This document shows positions 57,236 to 64,000 of a stretch of DNA of 64,000 bases, piece by piece. Below the pieces are notes generated by a model. The model ran no database searches. It saw only the letters and a list, made by a program, of their open reading frames with translations, and was not told where the DNA came from. Numbering within the stretch: position 1 is the first letter of the stretch; every line of letters starts with the position of its first letter. The position numbers were made by a program, and so were the translations under genes. Source of the stretch: Patescibacteria group bacterium. Lineage in GTDB: Bacteria > Patescibacteriota > UBA1384 > XYA2-FULL-43-10 > 1-14-0-10-43-13. The DNA is taken from positions 2,321-66,320 of the forward strand of contig JBAYVE010000001.1 in assembly GCA_041674765.1 (NCBI GenBank), written 5' to 3'.

Positions 57236-58170
57236 TCTCAATCGTAACTCCCTGTTATTGCGAGGAAAAAAATGTAGTTGAAGTCAGCAAGCGCGTGGCC
57301 AAAGTTTTCAAGATTCTAGATAAATATGAATACGAACATATTTTCATCGATAATTGTTCTCCTGATGGTACCGTGAAGATTCTCAAAGGTCTGGCAGCCC
57401 AAGATAAGCATATTAAACTTATCTTAAATGCCAAAAACTTCGGTCATATCCGTTCACCTTTTTATGGCCTTCTGCAGGCTAAGGGAGATGCAGTCATTTT
57501 GCTAGTTTCTGATCTCCAGGATCCGCCTGAGATGATTATTGATTTGATCAAAAAATGGGAAGAGGGATTCAAGATCGTCATCGGGACTAAAAACAAGAGT
57601 GAAGAGAGTCCTGTCATGTTTGCTCTACGGAAGCTCTATTACGGCATGATTAAAAAGATCTCTGAAACCGAGCATATCAAGAACTTTACCGGTTTTGGTC
57701 TCTACGATCAAAAATTTATTGAGGTTTTGCGCCAACTGGATGATCCTTATCCGTATTTTAGAGGTTTGGTAGCTGAGCTTGGTTTCGAACGGGCAGAAAT
57801 AAACTACACACAACCCAAGAGAAAGAGAGGTAAAACCAACAACAATTTTTATACCCTTTATGATATCGGTATGCTGGGCTTCGTCAATCATTCTAAGGTG
57901 CCGATCAGGATCGCCAGTTTTATCGGATTTTGTGCTGCTATCGCCAGTCTCTTGATCGCAGTCGGTTACTTGATTTACAAGATAATGTTTTGGGATAGAT
58001 TTGATTTGGGAACTGCGCCAATGGTAATCGGCCTCTTCTTTTTCGCCTCCGTCCAACTCTTTTTCATCGGTATCATCGGCGAATATATTGGAGCTATTTT
58101 TACCCAAGTTCGAAATCGGCCCCTAGTAATTGAAAGAGAGAGAGTGAATTTTGATAAAAAAAGTTCCTAG
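57220..58170 (+). CDS. GT2 polyprenol-phosphate glycosyltransferase (GtrB-like)
   Basis: IDNCSPDGT, NFG, DLQDPP, two C-terminal TMs, GIIGEYIG..F..V..RP. Confidence 0.92.
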   Translation: MQKRLISIVTPCYCEEKNVVEVSKRVAKVFKILDKYEYEHIFIDNCSPDGTVKILKGLAAQDKHIKLILNAKNFGHIRSPFYGLLQAKGDAVILLVSDLQDPPEMIIDLIKKWEEGFKIVIGTKNKSEESPVMFALRKLYYGMIKKISETEHIKNFTGFGLYDQKFIEVLRQLDDPYPYFRGLVAELGFERAEINYTQPKRKRGKTNNNFYTLYDIGMLGFVNHSKVPIRIASFIGFCAAIASLLIAVGYLIYKIMFWDRFDLGTAPMVIGLFFFASVQLFFIGIIGEYIGAIFTQVRNRPLVIERERVNFDKKSS

Positions 58171-58525
58171 TTCGGAATTTATCCGCTTTGTCCTAGTCGG
58201 CATCTTAAATACTCTCTTTGGTTACAGCATCTTTGCCTTGCTTATCTTTTTGCAGTTAAACTACGCCGCCGCTTTGCTGCTGGCCACTATTATGGGTGTT
58301 TTTTTCAATTTCAAGACGATCGGAAAGTTGGTTTTCAAATCCAGCGATAACAAATTGATTTTCCGGTTTGCCGGAGTTTATACTGTGGCGTACCTTTTGA
58401 ACTTAGGATTAATTTTTGCACTTAGTTTTTGGATCTCAAACCGCTATTTAGAGCAGGCCATACTAGCTTTTCCTGTCGCACTTTTTTCATATTATCTAAA
58501 TAAGCGTCTTGTCTTTGCTCGGTAA
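58151..58525 (+). CDS. GtrA family protein
   Basis: FIRFVLVGILNTLFGY, FNFKT..LVF, LNKRLVF. Confidence 0.9.
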   Translation: MIKKVPSSEFIRFVLVGILNTLFGYSIFALLIFLQLNYAAALLLATIMGVFFNFKTIGKLVFKSSDNKLIFRFAGVYTVAYLLNLGLIFALSFWISNRYLEQAILAFPVALFSYYLNKRLVFAR

Positions 58526-58599
58526 TTATTAATAATTCGCTCCTCCTCTCTTGTGTGCTAATTATGTGTAATTTTATTGCCCTGATATTTGGCCACGCA

Positions 58600-58627
58600 T
58601 TGACAAAATGACCATAAATGCTATTAT
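58600..58627 (+). promoter_or_regulatory. Promoter of the Nudix gene
   Basis: TTGACA, 16 nt, (TG-n)TATTAT. Confidence 0.6.
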
Positions 58628-58674
58628 GGGATGTTCTCGGCGACCGAAAACATGCCGAGCGCAGGAGGTGTCCA

Positions 58675-59298
58675 TTGGAAAACATTATCAATGTTATCCG
58701 GCAGGTATTATCCTTGCTGGGGCAAATACCCAACATGGCGATTTGTCAGCAAAGCTCGTATGATCGAGCGATGGAGCTTATCAAAAAGACCGGCGGCTTG
58801 CTGCTCGGTCTAGTCCCCAGAGGTATGCCTCTTGGGACTGAACTGTTTGAGGGCGTTGCCGCCCTTTCCATATCCGTAGCCTACGAAATGGTCGTTTTCC
58901 GAACAGGCCAAGACGGTCGAGTCGAGGTCTATATGACGAAGCGCACGGATGATGACCCGGCTTACCCGGGTGAATGGCACTGTCCGGGGACGGTCAGAAG
59001 GCCTTGGGAATCGCCGGCGGACGCGATCGAGCGCCTGGCGCAACGGGAGTTTGGCGCTCGTATTATCAGCTATAAAATCGTCGGGATGATCGACGATTAT
59101 GCCGAGAAGCGGGGGCATTTCTACACTCCAGTTTGTATCGGCCATCTTGACGGCGAGCCTACCAGCCCTCGAGGGGATTGGTTCCCGGTCGATCAGCTTC
59201 CCGAGAACACGGTCAAGCATCATTCCGTGGGTGTTGTGCCGTGCGCTCTAGAGTGGCGGGATCTTCCGGATATTCCGATCATGGAGATCCGAGCATAA
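58675..59298 (+). CDS. Nudix-fold hydrolase with variant Nudix box (GDP-mannose hydrolase-like)
   Basis: GEWHCPGTVRRPWES..DAIERLAQREFG, WF..DQLP; TTG 58675 follows AGGAGG, in frame with the track ORF. Confidence 0.75.
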   Translation: MENIINVIRQVLSLLGQIPNMAICQQSSYDRAMELIKKTGGLLLGLVPRGMPLGTELFEGVAALSISVAYEMVVFRTGQDGRVEVYMTKRTDDDPAYPGEWHCPGTVRRPWESPADAIERLAQREFGARIISYKIVGMIDDYAEKRGHFYTPVCIGHLDGEPTSPRGDWFPVDQLPENTVKHHSVGVVPCALEWRDLPDIPIMEIRA

Positions 59299-59316
59299 CG
59301 CCGGAACATGTGTATG

Positions 59317-59347
59317 GGGGCGGCTGTAAAAGGCTGCCTCTTTTTTT
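59317..59347 (+). terminator. Intrinsic terminator after the Nudix gene
   Basis: GGGGCGGCT-gtaaa-AGGCTGCCTC followed by T7. Confidence 0.65.
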
Positions 59348-59456
59348 AAACAACCCATCACATGGGGCGTTTGAAGCAAACCTTATCTTCGCTTGAAAAA
59401 AGGGTCGTCTTTCGGTATTCTCTAAATAAGCTTAAAGTTAATCTCTATTTTCACCT

Positions 59457-60614
59457 ATGGCAGAGAAAAGAAAAGTCTGTGTAGTTGTGGCCAGCCGGGC
59501 AAACTACGGACGAGTTAAATATTTGATGAAGGCGGTCAAGGAGCATCCACAACTAGAACTCCAGTTGATTGTTGGGGCCTCTACTTTGCTCTACCGCTTC
59601 GGTAAAGCAGTCGATATTATCAAGAAGGACGGTTTTACGCCTTCGAGAAATCTTTATTATGTCGTTGAAGGTGATACTTTAGCGACGCAATCGAAGTCTG
59701 CAGGGCTTGGTATTCTCGAACTTTCCTCCGCTTTTGAGGATCTGCAGCCCGATGTGATTGTTTCTGTCGCTGATCGTTTTGAGACGATGGCCACGGCTGT
59801 TGCCGCTACCTATCAAAATATTCCATTAGCCCATCTCCAAGGAGGAGAGATTAGCGGAAATATTGATGATCGAGTTCGACATGCCATAACAAAGCTGGCC
59901 GATATCCATTTTGTTGCCAGCGATGAGTCAAGAAATCGTGTTATCAAAATGGGTGAAGACCCAGATTATGTTTTAAATTATGGCTGTCCGGCAATGGACA
60001 TTTTGAAAAACGAAGATCTGGCAATCAGTAATCAAGGCATGGTTCAATATGGCGGGGTCGGATCTAAGGTTGATTGGAGAAAACCTTATGTTCTAATGGT
60101 TCAGCATCCTGTCACTACCTCATACGGCAAGGGCTTCGATCAAGTCAATGAAACTCTTTGCGCGTTGGAAAAATTTCCGGAACTTCAAAAGATTGTACTC
60201 TGGCCGAATATTGATGCCGGCACTGATGATGTATCCAAAGCGATTAGAATATTCCGTGAAAAGCATATGGAGGATAACTTCCATTACTTCCGCAACTTTT
60301 CACCAGAGGATTATGCCCGTGTTCTAAATAATGCTCTCTGCGCTGTCGGCAACTCCAGCAGTTTTATTAGAGAAGCTGCTTATCTTGGCGTTCCTGCCGT
60401 GATTGTTGGCGATCGTCAGAGGGGAAGAGAGCACGGCTCAAATGTTGTCTTTGCTGACTACAATTCAGAGAATATCGGCAAAAATGTCACGAGTCAGTTG
60501 AATCACGGACGTTATAAGAGCGACCAAATCTTTGGCCGGGGCGATGCCGGTAAGAGGATTGCGGATAAATTAGCGACTGTTAAATTTACCGCCATTAAAA
60601 AGATAATGTATTAA
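59457..60614 (+). CDS. neuC: UDP-N-acetylglucosamine 2-epimerase (hydrolysing, NeuC type)
   Basis: SRANY, DRFE, HLQGGE.SG.IDD..RHAITKLA, QHPVTT, PNIDAG, GNSSS. Confidence 0.93.
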   Translation: MAEKRKVCVVVASRANYGRVKYLMKAVKEHPQLELQLIVGASTLLYRFGKAVDIIKKDGFTPSRNLYYVVEGDTLATQSKSAGLGILELSSAFEDLQPDVIVSVADRFETMATAVAATYQNIPLAHLQGGEISGNIDDRVRHAITKLADIHFVASDESRNRVIKMGEDPDYVLNYGCPAMDILKNEDLAISNQGMVQYGGVGSKVDWRKPYVLMVQHPVTTSYGKGFDQVNETLCALEKFPELQKIVLWPNIDAGTDDVSKAIRIFREKHMEDNFHYFRNFSPEDYARVLNNALCAVGNSSSFIREAAYLGVPAVIVGDRQRGREHGSNVVFADYNSENIGKNVTSQLNHGRYKSDQIFGRGDAGKRIADKLATVKFTAIKKIMY

Positions 60615-60621
60615 GGATTTT

Positions 60622-61473
60622 ATGAAAAAAGGCATGACTGGGGATGAATCCTTATTTGAAAAGAACTGGCAGACTAGAGAAGAGAGCTACTACAATCATT
60701 GGACTAAGGATGAACCAGCCAATCAAATTCAGTTCGCCTTTCGTAACCATTGGGAAGTTTTTCAGGAATTGATGAGGGATAATCATTTTAATAAAGGAAG
60801 ACGCTGCTTAGAAGTGGGCTGTGGGCGAGGCAGTATCTCGGCTTATTTTGCAGATGCGGGATTCGATTGTACCTTGCTTGATGTGTCTCCAGACGTAATA
60901 GAGATTGCCAGAAAAATTTATAAGAAGAATAATTTGAAAGCGAAGTTTGTTGTCGGGGATGCCAACGATCTGCCATTCTCTGAAGGATCGTTTGATATTG
61001 TAGTTTCGATTGGACTTTTGGAACATTTCGAAAATTTTGATAAAACAATTGGCGAACAAGTCAAAATGTTGGCGCCAGGAGGATTATTTCTTGGCTATAT
61101 AGTGCCAAAATATACGGACAATATCCAAAAAGATTATGAATGGATTAACCAGGTACTAAAGGGATATAAAAAGGAAGGTCGCATAGCCTCGAAAGAGGAG
61201 GTCTTCCGCTCAGACACACCCTCGTCAGTTTATTTGAAAGCAATGAAAGCATCGGGCCTAGAGGCATCAAAGTCGAGCGGTATTTATTCTGTTCCAATGA
61301 TTTCTCACTCCATCGATTTCCCTTTTTCTTTAATGCCCGAGGAAAGTGAAAAAGCACTGCTCTTGCATTTTAAAAAGTTATTCGCAGAGAGAAAGAAAAA
61401 ATCTGATAAGCATCCTTGGCTTTGCAAAGAGGGCTTCGGCCAGTCATTTCTAGTTTGGGGATATAAGAAATGA
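60622..61473 (+). CDS. Class I SAM-dependent methyltransferase
   Basis: LEVGCGRG, GDANDLPF..SFD, GLLEHF, LAPGG. Confidence 0.9.
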   Translation: MKKGMTGDESLFEKNWQTREESYYNHWTKDEPANQIQFAFRNHWEVFQELMRDNHFNKGRRCLEVGCGRGSISAYFADAGFDCTLLDVSPDVIEIARKIYKKNNLKAKFVVGDANDLPFSEGSFDIVVSIGLLEHFENFDKTIGEQVKMLAPGGLFLGYIVPKYTDNIQKDYEWINQVLKGYKKEGRIASKEEVFRSDTPSSVYLKAMKASGLEASKSSGIYSVPMISHSIDFPFSLMPEESEKALLLHFKKLFAERKKKSDKHPWLCKEGFGQSFLVWGYKK

Positions 61474-62162
61474 AATATTTGGTCATTATTCCAGCGAGAG
61501 GCGGCTCCAAAGGCATCAAGGATAAAAATATTATTGATGTAAAAGGTAAGCCTCTGATTTGGTACTCTATTAATGCTGCGAATAAGTTAGTATCCGAGGG
61601 CCTGGTGTCGGAAGTTGTTGTCTCTACAGATAATGAAAAGATTGCAGAGATTGCTCGAGAGTGCGGAGGCAATGTGCCTTTTTTGCGTCCGGCCGAGATA
61701 TCGGGAGATAAGGCAAAATCCATTGATTTTGTTCTACACGCTCTAAATTTTTATGAACAGCAGGGCTTGTCTTTCGACGCGGTAATCATCCTTCAACCAA
61801 TAGCTCCACTTCGAACTTTTGAGGATATAAAAGAGGCAGTAATTCTTTTCAATAAGAACAAAGTCGATTCTCTCATATCTGTTTATGAGGAGGAGGGTAT
61901 CGATGATTTGGTCCTTTATTATAGAGACGGGGACAGGGCGGTTCCGCTTAATGCTAATCACAACAATGGAAACCGTCGTCAAGATGCCCCCAAAATTTAT
62001 ATGCGGAATGGAGCCATTTATATTGCTAGGACCGATTTTATTAAGACTGGGCACAAGCTAATCGCCGATCAGCCTTTGATGTTAGAAATGCCAAAAGAGA
62101 GATCTATCAATCTCGATGAACCCAAGGATTTAGAGAAATTGAAAGAAATTTTATGCAAATAG
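61470..62162 (+). CDS. neuA: Acylneuraminate cytidylyltransferase
   Basis: IPARGGSKGIKDKNI, VSTD, PFLRP, LQP..PLR, NGAIY. Confidence 0.92.
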   Translation: MKYLVIIPARGGSKGIKDKNIIDVKGKPLIWYSINAANKLVSEGLVSEVVVSTDNEKIAEIARECGGNVPFLRPAEISGDKAKSIDFVLHALNFYEQQGLSFDAVIILQPIAPLRTFEDIKEAVILFNKNKVDSLISVYEEEGIDDLVLYYRDGDRAVPLNANHNNGNRRQDAPKIYMRNGAIYIARTDFIKTGHKLIADQPLMLEMPKERSINLDEPKDLEKLKEILCK

Positions 62163-63082
62163 GAATATTAGAAAAAAAGGACTTCAGTCCTGAAGCGTTG
62201 GACATGCTTCGAACTATCGGTGACATTTCTTTGTATTCCGAAGGGGATTTAGGCCAGTTTATTTCAAGTAAAGAAGTGATTTTTATCAGGATCAAGCATT
62301 TTTGGGATAAGGAAATGTTCGCTAAGGCCAAAAGACTTAAATATCTTTGTACTCCAACAACTGGGCTAAATCATATTGACCTTGCCGAGGCAGAGAAAAG
62401 AGGAGTCAAAATTATCTCGCTCAAGGGCGAATATGATTTTACCGGGACTATTGCCGCGACTCCAGAACATACATTCGGCCTAACACTGGCTTTGTTGCGC
62501 AATTATAAAGAAGCCTTTCTGAGTGAAAAAAATAAGGAATGGGATAGAGACCAATATAAGGGTCATGAAATAAAAGACAACAAGGTTGGGATAATCGGTT
62601 TTGGCAGAGTCGGCCGGATGATCGCCGGTTATTTTAAAACCTTCGGAGCAGAGGTTTTTTTCTTTGATGCGGATCAAGAAAAACAACCTTTAAACGGAGA
62701 AACTAAGTGTTTGAGTGTCGGCGAATTGATTTCAGGGTCCAACATTATTATTTTGGCTGCCTCGTACTCGGAAGGCAATAATAAATTCATCGGTAAAAAG
62801 GAATTTGATTTGATGGCTGATAAGTATTTTATCAATACGGCGAGAGGAGAATTGGTAGATGAAGATTATCTGTTGGACCGGATTGAGGCTGGTGCTTTCG
62901 CCGGAGTTGCTGTGGACGTAATTACCCGCGAGAATCACCAAAACAATCTTGAAAGATGGCTTAGCCTTGTAAATAATAGAAATCTGATTATCACCCCTCA
63001 TATCGCCGGCGCAACCTATGAATCTATGGAGAAGACGGAGATATTCGTTGCCAATCAATTAATAAAACAAATTGAAAAATGA
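62153..63082 (+). CDS. D-isomer-specific 2-hydroxyacid dehydrogenase
   Basis: TTGLNHID, GIIGFGRVG, FINTARG, DV..E, ITPHIAGAT. Confidence 0.9.
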   Translation: MQIGILEKKDFSPEALDMLRTIGDISLYSEGDLGQFISSKEVIFIRIKHFWDKEMFAKAKRLKYLCTPTTGLNHIDLAEAEKRGVKIISLKGEYDFTGTIAATPEHTFGLTLALLRNYKEAFLSEKNKEWDRDQYKGHEIKDNKVGIIGFGRVGRMIAGYFKTFGAEVFFFDADQEKQPLNGETKCLSVGELISGSNIIILAASYSEGNNKFIGKKEFDLMADKYFINTARGELVDEDYLLDRIEAGAFAGVAVDVITRENHQNNLERWLSLVNNRNLIITPHIAGATYESMEKTEIFVANQLIKQIEK

Positions 63083-64000
63083 ATGATCTAAAACAGAAAA
63101 ATGTTATGTTGGTCTACTTTTACGACCAATTTTGGCGCGATGTAGCCATCAGGCTCAAATCTGAAGGAGCCAGAATTTCCTGCATTGTAACTGACAATAA
63201 ACCATTTTTTCAGAGTGCATTTAAGGATGCTCAAATAATTGATGAAAAGGAGCTAGAGCGGCCTGAACGAATAACAAAACTGGACAATTCTGTTTCTTTG
63301 TCCGAAAAGTTACTCAAGGATCTTTCATATGATGAGAACGTATTTTTGTCGATTACTGACCGTCTCTCCTTTTTTCCGGTATCAGTTCACACTCGCAAAA
63401 AAGTTTTCAAAGAGCTGGTCAGTTATTGGCTTTATATTTTGCAAGACCAGAATATCGATGTAATTATTTTCCCGCGGATGCCTCATATGGGCGCCGAGAA
63501 TGTGCTTTTTTCTGTCGCCAAAAAATTGAAAATAAAAACAATATACATTGAAAGAACTCTGATCAGCGACCGCGTACTTCTAATAGAAGAAGAGATCGAG
63601 AAAACAAAGGTTATAGCGCAAGCCTTATCGGAGACGAAAACTTTAGATGAGATTGATCCTGGGCTGTATAAAGATGTTTTTGCAGAAAGTGAGTGGTTGA
63701 ACCGATCGAAAACGATCAATAATGCTGTGATCGCAAAGAAGAACAAGCAAATCTCCTCAATAATTAGTGCTAATAAAGGGCTCTTTTCCAGAATTGGCAG
63801 ATTGTTTAAGTCTGCTGAGAGCAGCCAGTTTTTCTTCAATCGTCTTTACCCAAATTGGTATGTCTTTATTATTGTTTTTTTCTATAATTTTAAGTGCAGA
63901 GAGCTCCGGCGTTTTTATGAAAATAATTGCGTAGCCCCGGAACTTCAGAAGAAATTTGTTTTTTTCCCTTTGCATTTTCAGGTTGAGAGGACAACATTGC
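63079..64000 (+). CDS. Capsule polysaccharide biosynthesis-type protein (GT-B-like), partial
   Basis: Manual translation, open to the window end: MNDLKQKNV...FPRMPHMG...KKFVFFPLHFQVERTT; 4-nt overlap with the upstream stop. Confidence 0.7.
   Translation, partial: MNDLKQKNVMLVYFYDQFWRDVAIRLKSEGARISCIVTDNKPFFQSAFKDAQIIDEKELERPERITKLDNSVSLSEKLLKDLSYDENVFLSITDRLSFFPVSVHTRKKVFKELVSYWLYILQDQNIDVIIFPRMPHMGAENVLFSVAKKLKIKTIYIERTLISDRVLLIEEEIEKTKVIAQALSETKTLDEIDPGLYKDVFAESEWLNRSKTINNAVIAKKNKQISSIISANKGLFSRIGRLFKSAESSQFFFNRLYPNWYVFIIVFFYNFKCRELRRFYENNCVAPELQKKFVFFPLHFQVERTTL

Noticed and set aside
63483-63975. Minus-strand ORFs at the right end
   Set aside because: Antisense to the open + strand CDS starting at 63079.

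Overview
This window spans the replication origin of a small-genome bacterium. The VirB2-like pilins, PrgI/VirB4/VirB6-like locus, FemAB and orphan solute-binding protein suggest Patescibacteria/CPR (inference). TGA is used as a stop, so the genetic code is standard. Left arm: comF (partial), hsp20, galU, an orphan solute-binding lipoprotein, three VirB2-like pilin genes (one fused to a large extracellular region), a PilB/GspE ATPase, and tRNA-Ser(CGA) followed by palindromic repeats and a small GIY-YIG nuclease. Centre: yidC-yidD-rnpA-rpmH / dnaA-oriC-dnaN-recF-dciA, with a clear DnaA-trio plus tandem DnaA-box unwinding module. Next comes a ~22-kb minus-strand type IV secretion-like operon with no relaxase or VirD4 in the window. 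It ends in a 2847-aa gene whose Zn-peptidase (M15/LAS-like) motifs appear split between residue ~394-401 and the last four residues, with ~2300 aa of repeats, coiled coil and a hydrophobic hairpin in between. Then uppP, a PAP2 gene, a Xer recombinase, murE, femAB, tsaD, dedA and a Phd-like gene; several of these carry in-frame DNA palindrome or heptamer-repeat insertions. The last 17 kb is a surface-glycan locus: nonulosonic acid neuB/C/A, a CDP-3,6-dideoxy/branched sugar module and GtrA/GtrB/GT-C. All calls come from motif recognition by eye; no searches were run.
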